From: a virus
Taxonomy: Duplodnaviria > Caudoviricetes
Reading direction: 5' to 3' (one strand)
Virus record (IMG/VR): IMGVR_UViG_3300036446_000018
Location: 1 to 33,932 of that record
DNA: 33,932 nt
A model generated the notes under the pieces. That model was not told the DNA's origin. It made no database searches and saw only the letters and a list, made by a program, of their open reading frames with translations. Below are positions 17,684-27,541 of this stretch, piece after piece; the first letter of the stretch is position 1, and every line of letters starts with the position of its first letter. The position numbers and the translations under genes are program-made.

Positions 17684-18199
17684 ATGGCGTTCGTTCCGCA
17701 CACCCCGCATCTCGGCATGCCGAAGATCGCAGACACGCTCCCCGCCTCGTCGGCGGCCGGGCGTTCGACACCTGGGCCTTGGCTCGGCGATATCATCCGC
17801 GCCCAGGATCCGGTCTATGGCACCGGCGAGTTCATCTATCTCGCTGGCGCGGCGAATACCGTCGTCGGCTCCTGGGTGACCTATAACGCTGACGACTTCT
17901 CGACGACGCTGCTGGCGCCCGATGCGATCGGCCCGGTCGCGGTCGCAATGTCGGCGAACGTCGCCAACCAGTTCGGCTGGTATCAGATCCAGGGCAAGGC
18001 GGTCGGGCGTGTCGCGACCGGCTTCGTCGACAACGCGAACGTCTATGCCACGGCGACGCCGGGCGTGGTCGACGATGCCGTCGTGGCCGGTGATCGCGTG
18101 AAGAACGCCAAGGGCGCTTCGGCGATCGGCAACCCTGCCGCGGGCCTCGCCGAGTTCGAGATCGCCCGTCCGTTCGTCGACGACGCCCTGGCGGCCTGA
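17684..18199 (+). CDS. Capsid decoration/cement protein
   Basis: Ala/Gly/Val-rich beta protein (AVAMSA...QFGWYQIQG) directly after the capsid gene, AAGGAG RBS. Confidence 0.65.
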   Translation: MAFVPHTPHLGMPKIADTLPASSAAGRSTPGPWLGDIIRAQDPVYGTGEFIYLAGAANTVVGSWVTYNADDFSTTLLAPDAIGPVAVAMSANVANQFGWYQIQGKAVGRVATGFVDNANVYATATPGVVDDAVVAGDRVKNAKGASAIGNPAAGLAEFEIARPFVDDALAA

Positions 18200-18228
18200 C
18201 CGCTCAGCAGCATCGCCTCGATATCGAG

Positions 18229-18256
18229 CCCGCCGCGGTCCTCTGCGGCGGGTTTT
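18229..18256 (+). terminator. Rho-independent terminator after the head genes
   Basis: CCCGCCGCGG-loop-CTGCGGCGGG followed by TTTT. Confidence 0.7.
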
Positions 18257-18284
18257 CCTTTGCTCATCGTGAAAGGACAGGCCC

Positions 18285-19037
18285 ATGACGGCCAATGCCA
18301 ATCTGATCCACGTCAGCTTCCGGGTGCATACGGCGCTGAACGAAATGAAGTCGAAGAAGACGGGGCGTCCGATCTTCGACGAGCTTGAGGTCATCGAGAT
18401 CCGGTTCGCCGGCAACAAGCAGACGGTCGCCGTCTATCCGGCGCATGATCTCGATCCCGAGGCGACGCGCGAGAACAACAACGAGCCCGTCACCTACGCG
18501 CAGCGCTACAACACGCAGTATCGCGCGTTCAAGAACCAGACGACGCAGGCGCAGTCCGGCACGCCGTTGGAGGAGCTGCCGTTCCTCACGCAGGCGCGGC
18601 GCCGCGAGCTGAAGGCGCTCAACATCCACACGGCTGAAGCGCTCGCCGCGCTCGACGGCCAGCCCCTGAAGCAGATCGGCCCCGGCGGCCGGGAGCAGAA
18701 GAACCAGGCACAAGCCTATCTCGACAACGCTGCGAAGAGCGTCGACGTGGTCGCCATGGCTGCCGATCTCGCCGCGCTGCGCCGCCAGGTCGAGGAGCGC
18801 GACGCGGTGATCGCGCAGCTCAGTGCCGGAGCGCCTGTCCCCCCGGCGCCCGCCGACGATGCCGAGGACGAAGACGGCGGCGACAAAGCGCTCGAAGACT
18901 GCACTGACGCCGAGCTGAAGGCCTTCATCAAGCGCGAGACGGGCGAGCCGGTTCGGGGCAATCCCAGCCGTCAGACCCTGATCGAACGCGCGATGGAGAT
19001 CGCCACGGCGCCTGACGGCGACGAGACGCAGGGCTGA
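18285..19037 (+). CDS. Hypothetical virion-module protein with small C-terminal helical (HeH-like) domain
   Basis: AAGGA RBS; LKALNIHTAEALAAL motif; C-terminal TDAELKAFIK...RQTLIE. Confidence 0.7.
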   Translation: MTANANLIHVSFRVHTALNEMKSKKTGRPIFDELEVIEIRFAGNKQTVAVYPAHDLDPEATRENNNEPVTYAQRYNTQYRAFKNQTTQAQSGTPLEELPFLTQARRRELKALNIHTAEALAALDGQPLKQIGPGGREQKNQAQAYLDNAAKSVDVVAMAADLAALRRQVEERDAVIAQLSAGAPVPPAPADDAEDEDGGDKALEDCTDAELKAFIKRETGEPVRGNPSRQTLIERAMEIATAPDGDETQG

Positions 19038-19040
19038 TCG

Positions 19041-19727
19041 ATGACGGTCCTGTCCGCCTGCAACAAGGCCGCGCTCCGGCTGCGCGGCAAGCAGGTCGCG
19101 TCCGTCTTCTCGACGACGGACCAGTTCTCGATGGAGCTGCGCGATCTGGCCAATGAGACGGCGCGCGCAGTCTCGGCAGAGCACGATTGGCAGGCCCTGA
19201 CGAAGAAGCACACGCTCACCGGCACCGGCATCGCGACAGTGTTCCCGATGCCGGACGACTTCGACCGGATGCTCAAGAAAGGCGAGGTCCGATCGCCGAA
19301 CTGGTTGACGGCCCGCTTCGTGCAGGCGCGCGATCTCGATCAGTGGATGGCCTTCGAAGCCACGGCTATCGCCGGCACGCCCGGCCGCTGGATCGTCGTC
19401 GGCGGCGAGATGAACATCCTGCCGGCGATGAGCGATACCGAGTCCGCGCAGTTCTACTACATCAGCCGAGACGTCACGAAGACGGGCAAGCCGGAGTTCG
19501 AGGCCGATGCCGACGAGTTCAAGCTCGACGAGCGGCTGATCACGCTGGGCGTCATCTGGCGGTGGCGCGCTCAGAAGCGGCTCGAATACGCCGAGGATCT
19601 GAAGAATTTCGAGATCGCCCAATCGCAAGCGATTGCCAAGGATCGTAGCCAGCGCCCGCTGATCATCGGCCCGCAGCGAATGCCGGGCAATGTTGAACTC
19701 GCCTTCCCCGGGACGATCGTTCCATGA
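19041..19727 (+). CDS. Head-tail adaptor (tail tubular protein A-like)
   Basis: Position and size; HDWQAL and MPDDFDR motifs. Confidence 0.65.
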   Translation: MTVLSACNKAALRLRGKQVASVFSTTDQFSMELRDLANETARAVSAEHDWQALTKKHTLTGTGIATVFPMPDDFDRMLKKGEVRSPNWLTARFVQARDLDQWMAFEATAIAGTPGRWIVVGGEMNILPAMSDTESAQFYYISRDVTKTGKPEFEADADEFKLDERLITLGVIWRWRAQKRLEYAEDLKNFEIAQSQAIAKDRSQRPLIIGPQRMPGNVELAFPGTIVP

Positions 19728-21385
19728 GGCGCCCGGCCGCTCCCACGAAGCCACGGGTCGCTCGCGACAAGAGCTTTCCGTCGCTCGTGCGCGGCTGGAT
19801 CGCAAACGAGGCACTGTCCGACCCGAAGCCGGGCGGCGCGGCGATGCTGGAGAACTGGTTCCCCACGGCTACGGGACTGCAGATGCGTGGCGGGTCTCAG
19901 ACCTATGCGACGCTCAGCGTATCGCCGCAACCGGTTCGATCGATCTTCACCTATCTGAGCGGCATCGTCCGCCAGCTCTTCGCGGCAACGGACGATGCGA
20001 TCTTTGACCTCACGACGGTGCTCATTTCCGACAATGTCGAGCTGGTCGACGACAACGACGCGAATTACGCGGTCGATGACGACCTGATCCTCGGCTTCAC
20101 CGGCGTGGACCACCAGCAGGTCGTCTCAGGCCAGACGGGCGGCTCGTGGGTTTCCATCCAGTTCGTGACGGCCGGCGGCATCTATCTGCGGCTGGTCAAT
20201 GGCCAGGACACACCGCTCGTCTATGACGGGACCAGCTTCTCGACGTCGCCCGACATCACCGGAGCCGGGCTCGATCCTGCCGACCTGATTTTCGTCTGGG
20301 AGTACAAGCGTCGCCTGTTCTTCATCGAGAAGGGCACGATGAACGCTTGGTATCTGCCGGTCGAAAGCATCGGCGGCGCTGCAACCAAGCTTCCGCTCGG
20401 CGCCAACTTCCCGCGGGGCGGGACGCTCATGTTCGGAGCGTCGTGGTCGCTCGATTCCGGCAACGGTCTCTCCGAACAGTGCGCCTTCATGTCGACCGAG
20501 GGCGAGGTCGTTGTCTTTCGTGGCGACAACCCCGGCGATACCGCAAGCTGGGATAAGGTCGGCTCCTATCGCATCGGCCGTCCGCTCGGCCCCCGCGCCG
20601 TTGTCCGCGGCGGCGGCGATCTGATCATCAGTTCCGATATCGGGCTCATCCCACTCTCGCAGGCGGTCGCGCGCGAGTTCGCGGCACTCTCGCCGGCTGC
20701 GGTCTCGTATCCGATCGAAACCGAGTGGAACGAGCGGGTGAAGACCCGCAGCGCCGCCCCTTGGCATGCAGAAATCTGGCCGACGAAGCAGATGGTCCTG
20801 ATCGCGTTGCCGAGCATCAACGGCACGAGCCCGGAAATGCTGATCGCAAACGCGCGCACCGGCGCATGGGGACTCTATTCGGGCTGGGATGGCTCTTGCC
20901 TGGGGCTTTATCAGGAACGTCTGTTTTTCGGGACGCCGGATGGACGGGTCGTCGAAGCCGAGATCGGCGGCTACGATGCCGGGCCCGCCAGCCAGCCAAG
21001 ACAGCCATATACTGCTATCGCAGTTCCGCAGTTTGACGGACTGAGAAACCCCTCGGCGCTGAAGGAAGCGGGCATGGCGCGCGCCGTCATTCGCGCGCCG
21101 AGCGACGTCATTGTCCAGATCTCGGCTCACGCCGATTATATGATCGACTTTCCGGTTGCGCCGAGTTCTGCCCCGGAAGCCGTCCGCTCGATCTGGGGTG
21201 TTGGTGTCTGGGGTCAGTCGACCTGGGGCGCGAAGGAGGTCAAACTCACGACGCAGGAATGGCAGTCCGTTTCAGCACTCGGCTACGCGCTCACGGCGGG
21301 CGTCCAGATCACCAGCGGTAGTGTCGCTCCGCCCGATGTCGAGTTGGTCCGGATCGACATGACCTATCAGGTCGGCGACCTTTGA
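19724..21385 (+). CDS. Tail nozzle / stabilisation protein (P22 gp10 or T7 gp12-like)
   Basis: 553-aa beta-rich protein after the adaptor; ENWFP N-terminal motif; WGVGVWGQSTWG. Confidence 0.7.
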   Translation: MRRPAAPTKPRVARDKSFPSLVRGWIANEALSDPKPGGAAMLENWFPTATGLQMRGGSQTYATLSVSPQPVRSIFTYLSGIVRQLFAATDDAIFDLTTVLISDNVELVDDNDANYAVDDDLILGFTGVDHQQVVSGQTGGSWVSIQFVTAGGIYLRLVNGQDTPLVYDGTSFSTSPDITGAGLDPADLIFVWEYKRRLFFIEKGTMNAWYLPVESIGGAATKLPLGANFPRGGTLMFGASWSLDSGNGLSEQCAFMSTEGEVVVFRGDNPGDTASWDKVGSYRIGRPLGPRAVVRGGGDLIISSDIGLIPLSQAVAREFAALSPAAVSYPIETEWNERVKTRSAAPWHAEIWPTKQMVLIALPSINGTSPEMLIANARTGAWGLYSGWDGSCLGLYQERLFFGTPDGRVVEAEIGGYDAGPASQPRQPYTAIAVPQFDGLRNPSALKEAGMARAVIRAPSDVIVQISAHADYMIDFPVAPSSAPEAVRSIWGVGVWGQSTWGAKEVKLTTQEWQSVSALGYALTAGVQITSGSVAPPDVELVRIDMTYQVGDL

Positions 21386-21768
21386 TTGTCACCGGCCACG
21401 AAGTCGTCGAGTTTGTTTCCGAGCGAACCCGCCAGCGCTTCGTCCCGCCGTTCGTGGCCATCGGGCGGGAGGTCGACGGCGCGATCGTCGCCGGCATCGT
21501 CTTCAACTGCTGGACCGGCGTCGACATCGAATTGAGCGTCGCCGCGTTCCCCGGCGGTCTGTCTCGGGCGTTGCCGCGGCGCGCCGGACGTTACGTGTTC
21601 CACGAGGCCGGATGCATCCGGGCCTCATTCACCACTGAAAGCCAGAAGGTCGTCGACCTTGCAATGCGGCTGGGCGCTCAAACCGAGGGCCGCAAACGTC
21701 ACCTGTTCGGCCCCGGCCGTGACGGCGTGATCCTTGGCATCCTGCGCGAGGATTGGAAGCTCGGATGA
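21382..21768 (+). CDS. GNAT-like virion assembly protein
   Basis: RLGAQTEGRKR...GILREDW acetyltransferase-like motif between nozzle and ejection genes. Confidence 0.65.
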   Translation: MIVTGHEVVEFVSERTRQRFVPPFVAIGREVDGAIVAGIVFNCWTGVDIELSVAAFPGGLSRALPRRAGRYVFHEAGCIRASFTTESQKVVDLAMRLGAQTEGRKRHLFGPGRDGVILGILREDWKLG

Positions 21769-22769
21769 AAACCCCCAAGACCCCGCCGCCGCCGGACCCG
21801 AAGGAAACAGCTGCGGCGCAGGCCGGCGCCAATCGCGATACTGCGATCACGCAGGGCCTGATGAACATGGTCAATCAGCGCGGCCCTGACGGCTCGCTGA
21901 CGTACAACCAGATCGGCGAGCAGGAGCTGACCGACAGCCTGACTGGCAACACGTTCAAGATCCCGCGCTACGAGCAGGTGACGGAGCTATCGCCCGAGCA
22001 GCTGCGCCTGAAGGGCGTCAACGATCAGACTGAGCTCAACCTTGCTACGATCGGCCGTGACCAGTCGGCGAAGATCGGCTCGTTGCTCGGGACCAACGTC
22101 AACCTGACCAATGACGCGATCGAAAACCGTCTTCTCGAGCTGGGCAGCAAGCGCCTCGATCCGCAGTTCGCCCGCGACGAAGAGGCGATGCGGACTCGGC
22201 TGTCGAATTCGGGCATTCAGCAGGGCTCCGATGCCTGGGCTGCGGAAATGGGTCGCTTCGATCAGGCCCGGAACGATGCTCGCAACCAGCTGCTGCTGAC
22301 CGGTCGCGGCCAGGCGGTTCAGGAGATCCTGACCGAGCGCAATCAACCGATCAACGAGATCAGCGCGCTTCTCTCTGGTGCTCAGGTCGATCGCCCGACC
22401 TTCGGCGCGACGCCGCAGACCCAGCTGGCCGGCGTCGACTATCAGGGCGCGGTTCGCGACAACTACAATGCTCAGATGCAGCAAGCCCAGATGAAGGCGC
22501 AGTCCAACAACGCCATGATGGGCGGCCTCTTCGGTCTCGCCGGCAGCGTCGCGAAGGTCATCCCGTGGTCCGACCGCCGCCTGAAGACGGATATCGTTCT
22601 CGTCGGTAAGCTCGATAACGGGCTCGGCGTCTACTCCTACCGCTACAAATCCGGCGGCCCGATCCAGATCGGCGTGATGGCCGACGAGGTCCGCGAGGTC
22701 CGGCCTGATGCGGTCGTTCGCATGCCGAACGGTTTCGACGCGGTCGACTATGCCAAGGCGGTGCAGTGA
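21765..22769 (+). CDS. Ejection/pilot protein with C-terminal peptidase S74 (intramolecular chaperone) domain
   Basis: Gln/Asn-rich helical body, Gly-rich amphipathic MMGGLFGLAGS, then SDRRLKTDI...GVMADEV...VDY. Confidence 0.75.
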   Translation: MKTPKTPPPPDPKETAAAQAGANRDTAITQGLMNMVNQRGPDGSLTYNQIGEQELTDSLTGNTFKIPRYEQVTELSPEQLRLKGVNDQTELNLATIGRDQSAKIGSLLGTNVNLTNDAIENRLLELGSKRLDPQFARDEEAMRTRLSNSGIQQGSDAWAAEMGRFDQARNDARNQLLLTGRGQAVQEILTERNQPINEISALLSGAQVDRPTFGATPQTQLAGVDYQGAVRDNYNAQMQQAQMKAQSNNAMMGGLFGLAGSVAKVIPWSDRRLKTDIVLVGKLDNGLGVYSYRYKSGGPIQIGVMADEVREVRPDAVVRMPNGFDAVDYAKAVQ

Positions 22770-25156
22770 TGGCTGAAGAGACCTTCGTCTGGGGTTCTGG
22801 CGGCTCCAAGGATTCGATCGACCGTCGCCGTCGGATCGCTGAGGCGCTGATGCTGCGCGGCTCGGATACCAGCCCGGTCCAGCACTGGACGCAGGGGCTC
22901 GCTCGCGTCGCTGATGCCATCACCGGCCGTATGGAGATTGACAAGCTCGATAAGGACGCCAAGGCGGGCCAGAAAGCCTTGGCTGGCGACTTCGCAGAGG
23001 CATCCAGTCTTCCGGCCGGGACAGCCGCAGCCTCGGCCTCTCCGGCCGGTGGCAAGGTCGATATCGGCCCGGCGACGTTCAACGAGGTCGCGCCGCGTCT
23101 CATGTCCGATCTCAAGCGCGACTTCGGCATCAACGACATGCATGCCGCTGCCATCGCCGGCAACCTTGGGCACGAGTCCGCCGGCTTCGGCACCATGCAG
23201 GAGGTCAACCCGGTCGTCCCCGGCTCGCGCGGTGGCTTCGGCTATGCGCAATGGACCGGGCCGCGCCGCGTAGCATTCGAGAGTTGGGCAAAGGCCAACG
23301 GCCTCGATCCGAACGGCTACGCCGCCAATTACGGCTTTCTGCGGCATGAGCTTGCCAATACCGGCGAAGGCAAGGTGCTGGAGGCCCTGAAGGCTGCGCA
23401 AGATCCACAGACGGCGACCCGCATCTTTTCCGAACAGTTCCTGCGGCCTGGCGTCCCAGGCATGGGTTCGCGCCAGAAGTGGACGCAGCGAGCGCTGGCG
23501 TTCGCGCCGTCCGCGGATCGCCCCGCGCCGGGCGCCAAACCCGTCGGCGCCGAAACAGGCGTAGAAGGCTTCTTCATTCCGCCCGGCCCGGCTGGCGAGG
23601 GCCTGCCGATCATGCAGCCCGGCGGCGCGCTCCCGAATTTCGATCAGGACACTGGCCGCTGGACTGGCCCGTCCACGCCTCCGGCGCTGGCTGCGCAGAC
23701 CACACCGGCGAACGCTCCCGCTGAGGCTGCCGCGCCCGAAGCGCCCGCTCCGTTGCCGCCCGTGTTTATGTCCGAAGGCACCAGCCAGCCGTGGATGGGC
23801 AGCGCGATCATGCCGGCGCCGCCCGCACCGCAGACGGAAACGGTCTCTGCGCCGCTGCCGCCCTCAAGGCCTGCCAATCTCCCGATGGCGGATATCCCTG
23901 CGCCTGGCGCGCGCGTTGCCCAGGCGATGGTGACGCCCGCGCTGCCGGCCATGCAGCCGGACCTGTCGAATGAGAACGACGGCGGATCTCGCGCCTTCGC
24001 GGCGAGTGGCGGCGGGGCGAATACGCCTGTCAGTGACAACGCGACGATCTTCGATCGCATCGTCTCGGCGATGGGCGGACGTGCGGCCCCCGCCGCATCG
24101 GCACCGTCCCCAGGGGTCGAGCGTGTCGCCGCTGCGATGCCTGCGGCGGCCCCGGCCTCCGCAGCCGCGCCGTCTCCGGGCGTCGCCAGGGTCGCTGCAG
24201 CGATGCCGGAGGGCAACACCCAGCTCGCCGCGGCGCAGCGCATCCTGAACTCGCCGTATGCCAATCCGGGTCAGCGGGCCGTTGCTCAGGCCGTCGTCGA
24301 GCGCGCGATCAAAGGCGCTGACATGGAAACCATCACGCGGCCGGACGGCTCGGTCTGGCGCGCTCCCAAGACAGGCGGCGGCGCTCCGGTGCAGGTGTTC
24401 GGCCCGCAGTCGAAGCCTGCCGAGCCTGGCTCTCAGGTTCAGGTCTTCCGCGACGATAAGACCGGCGAGATCGTCGCTGTCGACAAGACGAAGGTCGGCG
24501 CTGGGGCCGGTAGCGACGTCGTTCGGCCGGGTAAGCCGCGCCCTGACGACAACATGGACGCCGAGGGCAAGCTCAGGAATGAGTTCTCCGGCCGCGTGAA
24601 GGAATTCGGCACGGTTCAGGACGCCTATGGCCGCATCGTCGCCTCGGTGCAGAACCGGATTGCGAACCCGCAGGAGAAGAGCCCGGCATCGGATATCGCG
24701 CTCGTCTTCGGCTACATGAAGATGCTCGATCCCGGCTCGGTCGTCCGCGAGGGCGAGTATGCGACGGCCCAGAACGCGGCCGGCATCCCCGAGCGTGTCC
24801 GCAACTACTACAACAAGGCGATCGACGGCGAATTCCTCGATCCCAAGCAGCGCGACGACATGGTTGCTACCGCCGGCCGGCTCTACAAGCAGGCCCGCGG
24901 CACGGCCTCGGCCGAAGGGAAGCGTTATCGCGACCTTGCGACGTCTTACGGGTTGAACCCCGATCGCATCGTGGCGCTGCCGGATGAGATCGTGATCCCG
25001 AAGACGGCGGTCGCGCCAGCCCCTGCTGCGGGAGCTGCCGGAGCGCCCGCGGCTCCTGGCGCCGTCGCCGCGCCGAAGTCCAAGGCCGAGTATGACGCGC
25101 TGCCGCGAGGCACGCCCTACATCGACCCGAACGGCCAGCCGAGGACCAAGCCATGA
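22766..25156 (+). CDS. Ejection protein with virion-associated lysozyme-like domain
   Basis: IAGNLGHESAGF...GGFGYAQWTGPRR...FLRPG (phage tail lysozyme type); Pro/Ala linker; KMLDPGSVVREGEY motif. Confidence 0.8.
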   Translation: MMAEETFVWGSGGSKDSIDRRRRIAEALMLRGSDTSPVQHWTQGLARVADAITGRMEIDKLDKDAKAGQKALAGDFAEASSLPAGTAAASASPAGGKVDIGPATFNEVAPRLMSDLKRDFGINDMHAAAIAGNLGHESAGFGTMQEVNPVVPGSRGGFGYAQWTGPRRVAFESWAKANGLDPNGYAANYGFLRHELANTGEGKVLEALKAAQDPQTATRIFSEQFLRPGVPGMGSRQKWTQRALAFAPSADRPAPGAKPVGAETGVEGFFIPPGPAGEGLPIMQPGGALPNFDQDTGRWTGPSTPPALAAQTTPANAPAEAAAPEAPAPLPPVFMSEGTSQPWMGSAIMPAPPAPQTETVSAPLPPSRPANLPMADIPAPGARVAQAMVTPALPAMQPDLSNENDGGSRAFAASGGGANTPVSDNATIFDRIVSAMGGRAAPAASAPSPGVERVAAAMPAAAPASAAAPSPGVARVAAAMPEGNTQLAAAQRILNSPYANPGQRAVAQAVVERAIKGADMETITRPDGSVWRAPKTGGGAPVQVFGPQSKPAEPGSQVQVFRDDKTGEIVAVDKTKVGAGAGSDVVRPGKPRPDDNMDAEGKLRNEFSGRVKEFGTVQDAYGRIVASVQNRIANPQEKSPASDIALVFGYMKMLDPGSVVREGEYATAQNAAGIPERVRNYYNKAIDGEFLDPKQRDDMVATAGRLYKQARGTASAEGKRYRDLATSYGLNPDRIVALPDEIVIPKTAVAPAPAAGAAGAPAAPGAVAAPKSKAEYDALPRGTPYIDPNGQPRTKP

Positions 25157-27270
25157 CGGACTGGTGGAGCAAAGACCCGCTCGTTCAGGCCGCTGGCAAG
25201 GTCGCGACTGTCGTTGCGAACCCCGAACAGTGGTGGGCGAACGATCCGGTCGTCGATCAGCCGAGCATGGTCTCGTCGGCGGTTCGTGGCGTGGGGCAGG
25301 GTATCTCGCTCGGCGCCAGCGACGAGGGCGGGGCGCTGGTGGCCGCCAGCCCGCTCTGGGGCTCGGGCGATCGGGCGAAATACGAGATCATCCCGAACCC
25401 GATCGACATGATCGCCGGCGGCGGCAGGATGCTGCTGGAGAAGATCGCGCCGGGTACCTTCGGCGATGGCGGCGGCAAGGCCTATGACGCCGCGCTGGAG
25501 CAGCGCCGCGCCGACGACAAGAAGGCGCAGAAGGCGAACCCCATCAGCTTCGGGGCCGGCGAGATCGCGGGCGGCATCGCACCGGTTCTGGTCGGTGCCA
25601 GTGCTGCACCGATGGCGTTCGGCCTGCGCGGCGGGCTGAAAATGCGTTCGGGCATGAGTGCAGGCTCCGGGGGCATCGTCGGCGGTGTCCAAGGCTTTAG
25701 TAGCGGAGAGGGTGGAGCGGAGAGCCGGTCCTGGGAAGCGCTTAAGGGAATCGCGGGTGGCACTGCCATTGGCGGGGTTGCTCCGGCCCTCGGTCAACTC
25801 GCCGGCGCCGGCTATCGCAAGGTTGCCGACGCTCTGATCGAGCGCACCGCCAGCGTTCCCGGCTACAGCAACAACGCCGTCCGTATCGTCGCTGATGCGC
25901 TGGAATCCCAGCGCGCCGTCAATCCGCAGATGCAGGCAGACATGGCCCGCTTCGGACCTGAAGCCATGCTGCTCGACAGCGGCGATGCCGTGAAAGGCTT
26001 GGCGCAGGGCATCGCCACGCGGCCGGGCGAGGCACGGGCACGCATCGTTGAGGCGTTGACGGAGCGCCAGGCCGCGCGCAACGGACGCATCGGAACCGAT
26101 CTCGATGAAGCGCTCGGTCGAGCCGTAGTTCCTTCTCAGGTCGAGACGCAGCTCGCCGCTGGGCGCCAAGCCGTGGGCGATGCCTATGAGCGGGTTTTCG
26201 AGAACGCCCGAGCCGTCGACACGACCGCGCTGGCGAACCAGCTCGACACGATGCTCGTCGACCTGCGCGGAGATCCGCGTCGGGCAGTGCAGAACGTGCG
26301 CAACATGCTCAACATCCCCGGCCAGCAGGTTCTGGACCCCAGCCCGCGCGCCGTCTTCAACATCCGTCATGCCATCGACGGCCTGCAGGCCAAGGAAGCC
26401 GACAGCGCCGTCCTGTCGCAGCTCGGTTTCGCCCGCCAGGCGATCGACGACTACCTGCGCGAGGCGGTGCCGGGCCTCAAGCAGGTTGACGCACGCTTTC
26501 AGGAGCTGGCGCGGCAGTCGGAAGGGCTCAAGCGGGGCTCGTCCATTCTGGACAGCGGCAAAGAAGCGCTTCGGCCGGCCGAGATGGTGGACACGGTCAC
26601 GGCGGGTGTGACGCCTGATGGCATGTTCGTCGGACCATCCGGCGAAGCCTTCCGGATGCGCCAAGGCACGCGCGCCGAGATCGACCGTCTCGTCGGCACG
26701 ATGAGCAACGACTATCTGGCCGTCCGCAAAGCGGTGAAGGGCGAAGGCGATTGGAACCGGGACAAGCTCGCGCAGCTGTTCGGCGAGGAGCGCGCCAGCA
26801 AGATCGTCAACTCTCTCGATCGCGAGGCTGCTTTCCAGCTTGCCTATGACGACGTCGTTCGCAACTCGATGACGGCGCAGCGCCTGGCTGGCAAGGAGAT
26901 GGTCGCGGTTCGAGACGGTTCAGAGAGCAGCGGCGCCGGCAATACCGCGCTCGTCGGCGTCGTTGGCGGCCCGACAGGGCTAGCGGCTCAGGGCGCGATC
27001 AAGGGCGCGCGGGCGGCAAAGACCGTGCTCGACACGGCAGCTGATGAAGCTCGAAACTCCGATATCTCAAAGCTGCTCACGACGCGCGGGCCCGCCGTAG
27101 ATCGCATCTTCGAAGTGCTGTCCCGCAACGCTCGCGGTCGGCAATCTGCCGAGGCTGGCAGCGCGGCGACCGAGCGCGTCGTCCAGGCACTGCTTCAAAG
27201 CCGCGGCTACGATCTCGGGGCGCTGTCGGCGCCGTATGCTCAGCGGGTGGCGCGGTCTGCTTTGCGCTGA
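25153..27270 (+). CDS. Large ejection (DNA-transfer) protein
   Basis: Repeated WWxxDPxV N-terminal motif, GQGISLGASDE, Gly-rich membrane-like segments. Confidence 0.7.
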   Translation: MTDWWSKDPLVQAAGKVATVVANPEQWWANDPVVDQPSMVSSAVRGVGQGISLGASDEGGALVAASPLWGSGDRAKYEIIPNPIDMIAGGGRMLLEKIAPGTFGDGGGKAYDAALEQRRADDKKAQKANPISFGAGEIAGGIAPVLVGASAAPMAFGLRGGLKMRSGMSAGSGGIVGGVQGFSSGEGGAESRSWEALKGIAGGTAIGGVAPALGQLAGAGYRKVADALIERTASVPGYSNNAVRIVADALESQRAVNPQMQADMARFGPEAMLLDSGDAVKGLAQGIATRPGEARARIVEALTERQAARNGRIGTDLDEALGRAVVPSQVETQLAAGRQAVGDAYERVFENARAVDTTALANQLDTMLVDLRGDPRRAVQNVRNMLNIPGQQVLDPSPRAVFNIRHAIDGLQAKEADSAVLSQLGFARQAIDDYLREAVPGLKQVDARFQELARQSEGLKRGSSILDSGKEALRPAEMVDTVTAGVTPDGMFVGPSGEAFRMRQGTRAEIDRLVGTMSNDYLAVRKAVKGEGDWNRDKLAQLFGEERASKIVNSLDREAAFQLAYDDVVRNSMTAQRLAGKEMVAVRDGSESSGAGNTALVGVVGGPTGLAAQGAIKGARAAKTVLDTAADEARNSDISKLLTTRGPAVDRIFEVLSRNARGRQSAEAGSAATERVVQALLQSRGYDLGALSAPYAQRVARSALR

Positions 27271-27485
27271 TCTCGGCGATGGAAGTAGAAGCCGAGCGAA
27301 TAGCAGGCGGCGATTAACATGAAGCCCGTCCCGAGAGTGGCCCAAGCTGGCCAGCCTCGGGTCTGCTCTCCGATCCATTCGGAAAACGGGGCTGCGACGA
27401 AGATTGAGACGAGAGCCATGCCGCCGAGGAAGATCACGGCGGCGACAAGGAACGCGATGGCTTTGGCGACGGGCGGCGAGAACAT
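27240..27485 (-). CDS. Small two-TM membrane protein, antisense moron
   Basis: AIAFLVAAVIFLGGMALVSIFVAA and ATLGTGFMLIAACYSLGF hydrophobic helices, basic tail; start could be 27497. Confidence 0.65.
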   Translation of the reverse strand: MFSPPVAKAIAFLVAAVIFLGGMALVSIFVAAPFSEWIGEQTRGWPAWATLGTGFMLIAACYSLGFYFHRRDQRKADRATR

Positions 27486-27541
27486 GGCTGCACGCATAGC
27501 ACGAGATCGAGCAGCCTAAAAGGTGAGCGGGATGAGCGATG

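Noticed and set aside
17610-17880. Capsid stop read-through (TGA-C) fusing to the decoration protein
   Set aside because: The read-through frame is not the decoration frame, gives Arg/Ser-rich nonsense, and no slippery site was seen
16518-19814. 417- and 516-aa antisense ORFs over capsid/adaptor genes
   Set aside because: Shadow ORFs
25117-26664. 515-aa antisense ORF in the ejection gene
   Set aside because: Shadow ORF
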